Positions 39,327 to 47,548 of a stretch of DNA of 64,000 nt are shown piece after piece. Source of the stretch: Escherichia phage GEP101. The number at the start of each line of letters is the position of its first letter. Within the stretch, counting starts at the first letter, position 1. Below the pieces are notes generated by a model. It had not been told where the DNA came from and made no database searches. It worked only from the letters and a program-made list of their open reading frames with translations. The stretch lies in the sequence record PQ036202; one strand, 5' to 3'. A program made the position numbers and the translations under genes.

Positions 39327-39674
39327 ATGACATTTAAAGAGTTCTGTCAAGCTACTTTCATAATTGTTTTCTTAGTTGGGGCAGGTGTCTGGGGAGGATA
39401 CTCCTACAGAGACTACCAAGTTGCTGAAGCTGAGCTAAACAATGAGAAACTGATAAGTGTCGCTAAAGATGCTTATCAGGAAGGTTTAGTCACACTCAGC
39501 ACCAATTACAAAAATGATTTGAAAGACGTGCTTGCTAAGAATAAGCATACAAAAGAGGTACTAACATATGAAAAAACTAAGCCAGAGTTTTATAATGTTT
39601 GTGTTACTGATAATTATGTCAGGGTGTTCAACGAACAGAGTGAACAGTACATTCAAAAACTCCCAAGTAAGTGA
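39327..39674 (+). CDS. i-spanin-like protein (N-terminal TM + periplasmic coiled coil)
   Basis: TM helix FIIVFLVGAGVWGG then charged helical region; lipoprotein ORF embedded in its 3' end. Confidence 0.4.
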   Translation: MTFKEFCQATFIIVFLVGAGVWGGYSYRDYQVAEAELNNEKLISVAKDAYQEGLVTLSTNYKNDLKDVLAKNKHTKEVLTYEKTKPEFYNVCVTDNYVRVFNEQSEQYIQKLPSK

Positions 39675-39837
39675 GAGTGACAAGTACACTCAAGAAGAAT
39701 CAAGATTCACTGTCAAAGGCAACACCGGTAGTGATGTGGCAGCAGCCCTTGAGTTTTATCGTGATGGTTTTTACCAGTGCACAATCAAAGCTAATAATCT
39801 TATTGACATGATTTTATTAGGGAACAAACAGCAATGA
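39568..39837 (+). CDS. o-spanin-like lipoprotein (embedded/overlapping)
   Basis: Signal peptide with lipobox-like IMSGC; begins inside previous gene in another frame with AGAGG RBS. Confidence 0.35.
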   Translation: MKKLSQSFIMFVLLIIMSGCSTNRVNSTFKNSQVSESDKYTQEESRFTVKGNTGSDVAAALEFYRDGFYQCTIKANNLIDMILLGNKQQ

Positions 39838-40103
39838 CAGAGAACGAAGACACTTTCTATGTAGAAGGGTACTTACTGCTACCACGACCAAAAGAAACTT
39901 ATATGCGGGTTGATTTTTCACCAACCATTATGGATAACGTGATGTGTCATATCTTTATGCAAGGTGTCACAGCACAACTTAAGCATGTTGGTAAAGAGTG
40001 CAAAATAAAGGTTGACACTCATCCAGAAATCAAAGAGAATCACTACACATGGTTCTTACCAGACTCTAAAGAAATCTTAGCAGTTCTTAAAACGAGGAAA
40101 TGA
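39834..40103 (+). CDS. hypothetical protein
   Basis: 89-aa ORF. Confidence 0.4.
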   Translation: MTENEDTFYVEGYLLLPRPKETYMRVDFSPTIMDNVMCHIFMQGVTAQLKHVGKECKIKVDTHPEIKENHYTWFLPDSKEILAVLKTRK

Positions 40104-40414
40104 TTATGCAATTCCAGCCAACAAATCGTGGATTTTCTTATGCAGAATTTAAAGATGCTAAAGGAGAGATTTGTACTTTACAAGAAAGTTCATCATATGA
40201 ACCATGTATCTGGTTAGGTGCTAAAGAGGTCTCTGTTCAGTACCTAGATGGTGGCTGGAAAACACTTGATATCCCAGCATTAGTAGGCAAAGATTTTGTA
40301 GGTAACCAAAGAATGAAACTCAACCAAGAACAGGTGAAAGAGTTGTTACCATACCTTCAGTACTTTGCTGAAAATGGTGAATTACCAACAGAGGAACTTA
40401 CAAATGCAGATTAA
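40100..40414 (+). CDS. hypothetical protein
   Basis: 104-aa ORF. Confidence 0.4.
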   Translation: MIMQFQPTNRGFSYAEFKDAKGEICTLQESSSYEPCIWLGAKEVSVQYLDGGWKTLDIPALVGKDFVGNQRMKLNQEQVKELLPYLQYFAENGELPTEELTNAD

Positions 40415-40727
40415 TGGAAGAGACTTTGTAGCCGTTTACTACGAGAAAGATAAAGAAGTTGGCGTAGCACAAGTATCTTATGGTAATGGTAAGTGGTTGT
40501 ATGGGACAATCGCAGTAGTCGGAACAAGAAGCGATACAAAAACTTTTAAAGATTGTGTTGACCTTCTTGAAGAATCCATCCACAATCATTGGTGTCTGAT
40601 ATGGATGACTGACAACGAAGTGATAGAACGCTTCAAAAAGATTGGTATCAACATTGATAGCATTGAGCATGTTGATTTGTATGAATTAACCGAAAAGGTA
40701 AACTATGAAAGCTCTAGAGGTAGTTAA
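40404..40727 (+). CDS. hypothetical protein
   Basis: Track ORF trimmed to ATG 40404. Confidence 0.4.
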   Translation: MQINGRDFVAVYYEKDKEVGVAQVSYGNGKWLYGTIAVVGTRSDTKTFKDCVDLLEESIHNHWCLIWMTDNEVIERFKKIGINIDSIEHVDLYELTEKVNYESSRGS

Positions 40728-40932
40728 CAAAGACACTGGAGAAGTCATATCTGCATGTGTTTTCATAAGCGATGGCACAGTGATACCGTTTTACAACCTT
40801 GATGGTTTTAGTTTTACAGGGATAACTCCAGAAGAATACTTTGAAGACCTCACCTTTGCCAGAATCTCTATAGACACATTCTATAAATGCTTCTATGATG
40901 AAGGTAAAGAGTTACGAGAAACTGAACTATAA
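40705..40932 (+). CDS. hypothetical protein
   Basis: 75-aa ORF. Confidence 0.35.
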   Translation: MKALEVVNKDTGEVISACVFISDGTVIPFYNLDGFSFTGITPEEYFEDLTFARISIDTFYKCFYDEGKELRETEL

Positions 40933-40943
40933 GGCGTATATTT

Positions 40944-41144
40944 ATGGCTGACTTCTGCAAAGATTGTGCTATCGAAATGTTCGGACGTGATACAGGGGAC
41001 TTAAAAGGTCTTATCACTGAAGATGACTTTAAAGCTGGCTATGCAATGCCAGTAATCTGTGAAGGTTGTGGATGTATCTGGGTAGACCACGAAGGACAAC
41101 GTGTAAAACCTTCAGAAGATAAAGAATCTTGGGAGAGATGCTAA
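40944..41144 (+). CDS. small Cys-rich protein
   Basis: CKDC...CEGCGC pattern; 66 aa. Confidence 0.4.
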   Translation: MADFCKDCAIEMFGRDTGDLKGLITEDDFKAGYAMPVICEGCGCIWVDHEGQRVKPSEDKESWERC

Positions 41145-41930
41145 ATGGGTATTGTAAAAATCATCAATGGGGATATCTTCTCCGCATTTGATAAAGGTAA
41201 GTTTGATATCATTGGTCACGGTTGCAACTGTATGAACTTAATGGGTGCAGGTATCGCTGACAAGATTTCTAAACTTTACCCAAAAGCATATGAGACTGAT
41301 ACAGAAGTTTATCTGTATGCAGGTGGTATAGGCCACAAACCCTGTGAAAATTTACTAGGTAATTTCTCTGTAGCACGTTTAGAACAAGGCCGTATAGCTA
41401 ACCTTTACACTCAGCTTAAGACTGGTAAAGATGCCCGATACAGTGCTTTAGAGTCATCTTTGAAACAGCTTAACAGATACTGTGAAGTCAATCAGTTGAA
41501 GAAAGTTGGGTTACCTATGATTGGCGCAGGTATCGGTGGGCTAGACCCTCAAGCCGTCACAGTTATCATTAATCAGGTGATGAAGAGCGTAGATGTTTAC
41601 CTGTATGTCTACGAGACAGAGATGTACAACGAGTTACACTCAGGTTGGAAGAACTACTGCGAACCGGAATACTTTGCAGGTGTAGTAACGTTCACAGACA
41701 ATACAGTTACCCTCTTCAGACGAAGAAAGGGTAAGGTACATCAAAGTAACCCTCCGGTTGAAAAGATGTCCCTAAGTAACGCTCTAGTTACCCACCTGTC
41801 GAAGAGCAATCACAGAATTGCCGTGACATTTGGCAGTGATGCAGATACGTATATCTATGCAAGAACTGATGAGGATGTTGAGGAAATTTTCTCTTCACAG
41901 GAAGTTACCTTCTTAGACGCAAAGAACTAA
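41145..41930 (+). CDS. macro-domain-like protein (putative ADP-ribose binding/processing)
   Basis: N-terminal INGDIF...DIIGHGCNCMNLMGAGIA resembles macro-domain core (GDIT...AIVNAAN...GGGV). Confidence 0.4.
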   Translation: MGIVKIINGDIFSAFDKGKFDIIGHGCNCMNLMGAGIADKISKLYPKAYETDTEVYLYAGGIGHKPCENLLGNFSVARLEQGRIANLYTQLKTGKDARYSALESSLKQLNRYCEVNQLKKVGLPMIGAGIGGLDPQAVTVIINQVMKSVDVYLYVYETEMYNELHSGWKNYCEPEYFAGVVTFTDNTVTLFRRRKGKVHQSNPPVEKMSLSNALVTHLSKSNHRIAVTFGSDADTYIYARTDEDVEEIFSSQEVTFLDAKN

Positions 41931-41989
41931 GAAACTCTGTAGGATATTCACAATAGACTAAGCCTTTCTTATCTGGTAAATTTTTCAGG

Positions 41990-42195
41990 TAAGGAGGGCT
42001 TTTTCATTTCAGGATTGTGCAGGTAGAGTTCTATAGAGAAATCTGTAGAGAGAATTTTGAACTCCAAAGAGAAAATTCATTTTCAAACTGTGCAGGTAAT
42101 CTCCAAAGAGCTTTTTCATTTTCAAAACGTGCAGAGAAAAATCAGGTCGGGCAAGAAAAATCATTTTAGAATTGTGCAGGTAGGTGGGTGCAGGT
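41990..42195. repeat. four ~40-bp direct repeats (TTTTCATTTTCAAA-CTGTGCAGGTA units)
   Basis: Repeated units beginning near 41990, 42060, 42102 and 42150, in a non-coding gap. Confidence 0.6.
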
Positions 42196-42359
42196 GGGGA
42201 TGTCGCCATTTCTCACAAGGCTACCACATCTGAAAAGAAAAGTCAACAGAAAAATTTGTAGCGGATTGAAAAATAATTCTTGATTGTAGTTCTGTTTTGT
42301 GGTAGTCGCGTGCGCCCGTTTCATTACAGTTTTTTGCCAAAATATTTTTAAAATTTTTC

Positions 42360-42452
42360 TTGACTATTCGAACGGGGTTATCTAGTATTTGCATCAACGG
42401 GGAGGAAATGACTTCCCCACTAAATAAAACCCTTAAACTAGGAGATTCTAAA
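42360..42452 (+). promoter_or_regulatory. promoter-hairpin-RBS cassette (type A, divergent copy)
   Basis: TTGACT-17-TAGTAT, GGGGAGG...CTTCCCC hairpin, conserved CCTTAAACTAGGAGATTCTAAAATG. Confidence 0.55.
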
Positions 42453-42644
42453 ATGGCATCAAGAAAAATCAAAGTTGGCGACGAGGTTAACGTAAAACAT
42501 GAATACTCTTACAAAATGTTAACTATTCGCTCTTACAAGGTTTATCAGGTGGAAGCTATCCACGAAGATGGAACATTTTCACTAAAAGGATATAGTGAAC
42601 GTTTCCCTGCTGAATTGTTCGAAAAATGGAGCACTAAAAAATGA
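42453..42644 (+). CDS. hypothetical small protein (cassette-array gene)
   Basis: Start reassigned to ATG 42453 behind conserved RBS. Confidence 0.55.
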   Translation: MASRKIKVGDEVNVKHEYSYKMLTIRSYKVYQVEAIHEDGTFSLKGYSERFPAELFEKWSTKK

Positions 42645-42847
42645 TTTACAGCCGTGAATTGATGGCCACAACTAACGTTAACACAAAGGTAAAACGTTTT
42701 TATATGCAAGTATGCGGCGCATGGCGTAGAATATCAGAATCTGACTATTGCAACTATGTAGAAACGGCTATTAATTCTAATTGCTATCTTACAAGAACTA
42801 CACGGAATTTTATAAAACATACAGCGGTTTACTATTACGATAAATAA
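42641..42847 (+). CDS. hypothetical small protein (cassette-array gene)
   Basis: ATGA start/stop overlap with previous gene. Confidence 0.45.
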   Translation: MIYSRELMATTNVNTKVKRFYMQVCGAWRRISESDYCNYVETAINSNCYLTRTTRNFIKHTAVYYYDK

Positions 42848-42935
42848 AAAGTACTTTACAAGGGGCTTAAAAGTTGATATCTTAAGCCCCAGAAAAAGAG
42901 CTTTACTAACAACCTTAAACTAGGAGATTCAAAAA
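42848..42935 (+). promoter_or_regulatory. type B intergenic element (palindrome + conserved RBS leader)
   Basis: AAAGTACTTTACA, 9-bp-stem palindrome GGGGCTTAA...TTAAGCCCC, AGAAAAAGAGCTTTA, CCTTAAACTAGGAGATTC; four copies. Confidence 0.5.
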
Positions 42936-43316
42936 ATGGCTTATCGTGCACCGAAATTCATCAACAAAGACAACTTTCGCAACGTACTGGAAAAGACACT
43001 TGATGAAAAATTTAACAGCAAATTGATTGTTGTTCACGCATTTAATTTCAAGTATGATATCAACGGGAATAAAATCAATCATTACACGGCAACAATGGTA
43101 GATGGTACACTATCAAGTGAAAAAGCCATACTGAATGCGCTTGCTGGACGTGGTAAAAACCTGATAAGATGTGATAAGAGACGTTATCAAGGCGGCGCAT
43201 ATGGTTATGATGATACTGTTTACCATCTTGAAAATATGGGCTATCAAGTAGAAAAAGCTGGAGTGTCGCAAATCATTGGTAGCGATGGTTATGTGACAAT
43301 CTTCAAAATTAAATAA
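42936..43316 (+). CDS. hypothetical protein (cassette-array gene)
   Basis: 126 aa behind type B element. Confidence 0.5.
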   Translation: MAYRAPKFINKDNFRNVLEKTLDEKFNSKLIVVHAFNFKYDINGNKINHYTATMVDGTLSSEKAILNALAGRGKNLIRCDKRRYQGGAYGYDDTVYHLENMGYQVEKAGVSQIIGSDGYVTIFKIK

Positions 43317-43405
43317 AAAGTACTTTACAGGGGGCTTATAAGGCTGTACAGTAAGCCCCAGATAAAGAGCTTTATCACTCAATCCTTAAACTAGGAGATT
43401 CAAAA
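43317..43405 (+). promoter_or_regulatory. type B intergenic element
   Basis: Copy 2 of palindrome + leader. Confidence 0.5.
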
Positions 43406-43918
43406 ATGAAAACTGTAGACGCTACCTTTGAAGTTGTAAAAGAAAAATTCACCATTATTTATGAGGCTGTTAATTGCTACGAAGCAAGCTATAATATGGA
43501 TAATTGGGAATTTACAAACAACCATAAAGGCGGGGTAACTATCAAAAATCCTAACTATCGACACAATGCATTTAAATATGCAATCCCTTTACATTACAGC
43601 CTAAAACAGCTTTCAAGTGACTATGCAAAACAAGGCCGTGAAAATCCATCGAAAGAGGCTTACATCAGCTTACAGAAAGAACTAGAAAGAGATTTAGAGG
43701 CTTCAGAATATTACCTATCTGCAAAAGTTGTAGACGCAAACGGGAAAACGGTTTTAGATAGTTTTTCTATTGGTTACGCTTTCGATTGGTGCTATAGCGA
43801 CGGCGTCGATTTAGCGGATAGACTAGAAGAGGAAGTGAGCAATTCAGGCGCAGAATCTGAAGTTATGGAACAATTAGAAGCCTTAAAAGATTCAGTGCTG
43901 AATATCTTTCAAAATTAA
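43406..43918 (+). CDS. hypothetical protein (cassette-array gene)
   Basis: 170 aa. Confidence 0.5.
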   Translation: MKTVDATFEVVKEKFTIIYEAVNCYEASYNMDNWEFTNNHKGGVTIKNPNYRHNAFKYAIPLHYSLKQLSSDYAKQGRENPSKEAYISLQKELERDLEASEYYLSAKVVDANGKTVLDSFSIGYAFDWCYSDGVDLADRLEEEVSNSGAESEVMEQLEALKDSVLNIFQN

Positions 43919-43934
43919 ATTAAGAGGAAACACC

Positions 43935-44267
43935 ATGTTAATGATGGGTATCACTGCAATCATCGCCATTATAGCACTTTACAAGGCTTATAGCGCATAT
44001 AATTTGGCAAGTAAGGCAATCACACAACAGGTTAGCGATAGCCTTGTAATGAGCTTTCTTGGGCGTTTAAGCGATGAGCAATTGAAACGGCTAGAAATGA
44101 GCTTCAGATTTCAATCAAAAACTTATCAAATCAGCGACATTTTCAAAGAGGATTTTCAGCTTGTCGATGATTATAACTCCCTGATAAATGCTTTAAATAT
44201 CAGTGACTTAAAAGATTATTACGCTGTAATTGTTCAAGAAATGAGCAAACGAAAACAAAACAGTTGA
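43935..44267 (+). CDS. hypothetical protein (cassette-array gene), N-terminal TM helix
   Basis: 110 aa, own AGAGGAAA RBS. Confidence 0.45.
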   Translation: MLMMGITAIIAIIALYKAYSAYNLASKAITQQVSDSLVMSFLGRLSDEQLKRLEMSFRFQSKTYQISDIFKEDFQLVDDYNSLINALNISDLKDYYAVIVQEMSKRKQNS

Positions 44268-44356
44268 CACTGATTTTTAGATATATTAAATTACACATCA
44301 ACGGGGAGGGAATGACCTCCCCCACTAAGTAAAACCTTAAACTAGGAGATTCAAAA
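44264..44356 (+). promoter_or_regulatory. promoter-hairpin-RBS cassette (type A)
   Basis: TTGACA-17-TAAATT, hairpin GGGGAGGGAATGACCTCCCCC, identical RBS/start context. Confidence 0.55.
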
Positions 44357-44629
44357 ATGTATACTACTAACAATGGCCGTACTCTAAATGTCACTCTACG
44401 CCACTATGTAGACGGCGTGATGAACTTTGAGGATTTACAAGCGGAACAACATATTTTGGATTGGCAACTTGCTGGATTCCAAAAAACTGCTACGGGATAT
44501 GGTAAAAAGATTCCAACTAGTTGGAAAGTATACTATAAAGGCCGTTTGCGCAGAATTTATCAGGATGTTTGCAGCAATAGCGCATCAACCTACATCATAG
44601 TAAAAGGTAAAAAATTACACTTAGTATAG
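44357..44629 (+). CDS. hypothetical small protein (cassette-array gene)
   Basis: 90 aa. Confidence 0.5.
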   Translation: MYTTNNGRTLNVTLRHYVDGVMNFEDLQAEQHILDWQLAGFQKTATGYGKKIPTSWKVYYKGRLRRIYQDVCSNSASTYIIVKGKKLHLV

Positions 44630-44717
44630 AGTACTTTATAAGGGGCTTATAGTTCGATAAAGTAAGCCCCAGAAAAAGAGCTTTATCGCATTAACCTTAA
44701 ACTAGGAGATTCAAAAA
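44630..44717 (+). promoter_or_regulatory. type B intergenic element
   Basis: Copy 3. Confidence 0.5.
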
Positions 44718-45122
44718 ATGGCTATCAATAAACGCGAGTTATCAATTTTAAAAGCACGTTTGACCGTTAACCGGATTAATGTTATCACGTCAGCAGCACC
44801 GGATGAAATACTACAAAACATTATTGGGAAGATTCAAAGTGTTATCTTAGACGTTGAAAGCGTAAAAAACTCACTGATTGACGTTGCAGCAGGTATCACG
44901 CTAGAAGGTGCACAATATGAAATGGTGGACATGTTAGGTAAATCTAAGGTAATGAATAGGGAGTTAGATTTGAAAATGTTTCGTTTTGCTGTTAAAGTAT
45001 GGCTATCCGTCGAGTATGGCGCGAATTTTGCAATCGCTGACTTTTTCGCAACATGGTTACAACGTAATTTGACAAATCATGATTTTCGTGATATCTGCGA
45101 TGCAATTTATGCAGAAATCTAA
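44718..45122 (+). CDS. hypothetical protein (cassette-array gene)
   Basis: 134 aa. Confidence 0.5.
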   Translation: MAINKRELSILKARLTVNRINVITSAAPDEILQNIIGKIQSVILDVESVKNSLIDVAAGITLEGAQYEMVDMLGKSKVMNRELDLKMFRFAVKVWLSVEYGANFAIADFFATWLQRNLTNHDFRDICDAIYAEI

Positions 45123-45132
45123 AAATTTTTTA

Positions 45133-45227
45133 TTGACACTGATTTTTAGATATATTAAATTACTAATCAACGGGGAGGGAATGACCTCCCCCACTAAGTA
45201 AAGTCCTTAAACTAGGAGATTCTAAAA
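45133..45227 (+). promoter_or_regulatory. promoter-hairpin-RBS cassette (type A)
   Basis: Near-identical to 44264-44356. Confidence 0.55.
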
Positions 45228-45425
45228 ATGGCTATTATTAACGGTTTAAACATTGAAACTACTCACATCAAAGATATCAAAGTCGGCGATATAGTCCTTT
45301 TTCACGGCGTAGAAAAAACCGTCACTGTAAAGGATATCAAAGAGGATTCTTTCATGGGCCGGACTCTTTTCGGTGATTCGTATTGCTTAGGCTATCTTGC
45401 AGTTTTAAAAGTTGTCAAAAATTAA
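45228..45425 (+). CDS. hypothetical small protein (cassette-array gene)
   Basis: 65 aa. Confidence 0.45.
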   Translation: MAIINGLNIETTHIKDIKVGDIVLFHGVEKTVTVKDIKEDSFMGRTLFGDSYCLGYLAVLKVVKN

Positions 45426-45518
45426 ATAAAAAGTACTTTACAGGGGGCTTAAAAGCTGATATCTTAAGCCCTAGATAAAGAGCTTTATCACTCAATCCTT
45501 AAACTAGGAGATTCTAAA
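45426..45518 (+). promoter_or_regulatory. type B intergenic element
   Basis: Copy 4. Confidence 0.5.
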
Positions 45519-46061
45519 ATGAAATGCTTTCACGGTACTACTCAAGAAAATTTTATCAACCTGATTAATAACGGTGATAAACCATCAGGCGCATGGAATT
45601 GTTCGGATATGGACGGGAATTTTTACGTTTATCCAGAAAATAAAATCTATGGCGACGATGAGGAAGAGATAATCTCTGAAGGTATCCAGCAAGCTCTGGG
45701 CAATGCCGCTATCACCGCAGCTTTCCAGATGAAAACTCAAAATATTGTTATCTTAGAACTTGATATTCCAGAAGATGAGTTAAATGATGATTATTCTTGC
45801 GATAATATGTCGAACATGGCAAGTTTTACGGAATATTTCGATTTAAACTGGATTAAAAAGGTTTATACCACTGAATTTAATGCTATGTTTTCGCCTTTTT
45901 GTCTTCCTTCACTGGATAACCCAAATTTAAATTATATTGATGAGTCTCTGGAACTTCTCGCTAAAAGCGTTCAACAGTTCGACAGTATTCAAGTTTTTTG
46001 GGACATCATGGACACACTGACGGGAAACATCGCAGAAAGAGATTTAAAGGGCTTTTTCTAA
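45519..46061 (+). CDS. hypothetical protein (cassette-array gene)
   Basis: 180 aa, acidic. Confidence 0.5.
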   Translation: MKCFHGTTQENFINLINNGDKPSGAWNCSDMDGNFYVYPENKIYGDDEEEIISEGIQQALGNAAITAAFQMKTQNIVILELDIPEDELNDDYSCDNMSNMASFTEYFDLNWIKKVYTTEFNAMFSPFCLPSLDNPNLNYIDESLELLAKSVQQFDSIQVFWDIMDTLTGNIAERDLKGFF

Positions 46062-46091
46062 AACCTATACAATCACCTTATAAACACTATT

Positions 46092-46113
46092 CAGCCCCTT
46101 GTAGGGGCTTTTA
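46092..46113 (+). terminator. rho-independent terminator
   Basis: AGCCCC-TTGT-AGGGGCT then TTTT. Confidence 0.55.
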
Positions 46114-46126
46114 AAGGGCTTAAAAC

Positions 46127-46360
46127 ATGCTTACAACCATTTATCTCATCCTTTCTATCTGTAACGGTCATTCATGTGATTTTAAAGGTCTCGAGGAGTT
46201 TACAGGGAGTAAAGAAAATGCTATTCAGGTTTGCCAGATAGCAAGACAAGACTACCCCGCCAGTGATGATATACAATGTTATTTTAAGACAGAAGACAGT
46301 GACGGCGTTTATTTTGACAGTGTTGACGGTCAATATGAAATTATCATAGAAAAAGACTAG
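46127..46360 (+). CDS. hypothetical small protein (cassette-array gene)
   Basis: 77 aa. Confidence 0.45.
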   Translation: MLTTIYLILSICNGHSCDFKGLEEFTGSKENAIQVCQIARQDYPASDDIQCYFKTEDSDGVYFDSVDGQYEIIIEKD

Positions 46361-46451
46361 ACAAGCCGGATAAAAGTCTGTAAATTACTAATTAACGGGG
46401 AGGGGATGACCTTCCCCACTAAGTAAAGCCCTTAAACTAGGAGATTCAAAA
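46358..46451 (+). promoter_or_regulatory. promoter-hairpin-RBS cassette (type A variant)
   Basis: TAGACA-17-TAAATT, hairpin GGGGAGGGGATGACCTTCCCC, conserved RBS. Confidence 0.5.
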
Positions 46452-46793
46452 ATGGCTTATGTAACCGTAATCACCGACAAGGTTGGCTCATCTTGGTCAA
46501 CTCAAGTAAGCGATAAGATGACACCTATGCAGTGCCTAAAATACTTTGAGCAATGGAATAAAGGCGAAGGTGTCAGCCCCTTTCAAGTGATGCGTATCGT
46601 TCACACTGACAAGGAAGGGAATAAAACGGCCTTAAATAGTGAGTACTACGCAACCAGATTCGAAACTAGAAGTAAAACAATGAAACTTTTACGTGAATCC
46701 GGTTATACCCATATCGCCGCATTAATCTGGGATGACTTGCTAAAAAACCAACGTATCAGCTATGTAAAACCTGAAAAAATATTTATCAGCTAA
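46452..46793 (+). CDS. hypothetical protein (cassette-array gene)
   Basis: 113 aa. Confidence 0.5.
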   Translation: MAYVTVITDKVGSSWSTQVSDKMTPMQCLKYFEQWNKGEGVSPFQVMRIVHTDKEGNKTALNSEYYATRFETRSKTMKLLRESGYTHIAALIWDDLLKNQRISYVKPEKIFIS

Positions 46794-46824
46794 TCAATAA
46801 CTTACAAAAAACTTTTAAAAAAGT

Positions 46825-46850
46825 GTTGACAATACCCCTTGACATTGGTA
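46825..46850 (+). promoter_or_regulatory. tandem TTGACA element (GTTGACAA-N5-CTTGACA)
   Basis: Same double-hexamer architecture as 9986 and 57046. Confidence 0.4.
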
Positions 46851-46923
46851 ATGTTGTTCGAGGGGGGTTTATCTAAAAGGGATTAACTTAAAAGATTCTT
46901 TATAGATAAACTTAAAAAATTGC

Positions 46924-47017
46924 TTGCAATCAGCTATCAAAACAAGTAAATTACTAATTAACGGGGAGGGGATGACCTTCCCCACTAAGTAAAGTCCTTA
47001 AACTAGGAGATTCAAAA
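46924..47017 (+). promoter_or_regulatory. promoter-hairpin-RBS cassette (type A variant)
   Basis: TTGCAA-17-TAAATT, hairpin, conserved RBS. Confidence 0.5.
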
Positions 47018-47548
47018 ATGAACAAGTTCAAAGCCATCAATTACATCCGCTCAAATAGTGTTATGTCAAAGCCTGTTAAAGACACCTATGAATTCCGTTG
47101 TAATGGTGTACACTTTGCAACCATCACCAAATCAGAAAACGGGGCTTATTACATTCATCGCCGTAATGTTGCAACCGTTGTAGTCTCTCATTTTATGCAA
47201 GCTGTCGCGGAACTCCTCCCGATGTTTTTAGGCCTTTACTTGGATGAGTGCAAAAACGTTCACAATCACGTTAAAAACCTTTTAAATAGTTATAAAATGG
47301 CTTATGAACGTTCTCTCAAGTCATTGAACAAGTTTTACAACGCACCTGAAAACACCATATCAATGGCCTATGCTGTAAATGGTGAAACAGTGAGTCTCTT
47401 TGAAGTGGAAAAAATCAAGCTGTACGATTTACTCCCTAGCGGTTACGCTAAAACCATCGGTGAAGGCTTAACGTTCAATATCAAGAACTTAGAAAAAACT
47501 TTAAAAGATATTGAAAAAGATATTGACGAGACAATCAAAAATCTATAA
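47018..47548 (+). CDS. hypothetical protein (cassette-array gene)
   Basis: 176 aa; last gene before non-coding repeat region. Confidence 0.5.
   Translation: MNKFKAINYIRSNSVMSKPVKDTYEFRCNGVHFATITKSENGAYYIHRRNVATVVVSHFMQAVAELLPMFLGLYLDECKNVHNHVKNLLNSYKMAYERSLKSLNKFYNAPENTISMAYAVNGETVSLFEVEKIKLYDLLPSGYAKTIGEGLTFNIKNLEKTLKDIEKDIDETIKNL

Noticed and set aside
42863-42890. Type B palindromes as rho-independent terminators
   Set aside because: No U/T-tract follows the hairpin on either strand
42360-47548. CRISPR array or integron cassette array as explanation for the repeated leaders
   Set aside because: Repeats are ~90 bp with promoter and RBS features and the intervening units are ORFs of 190-540 bp with start codons; no attC-like sites or integrase nearby
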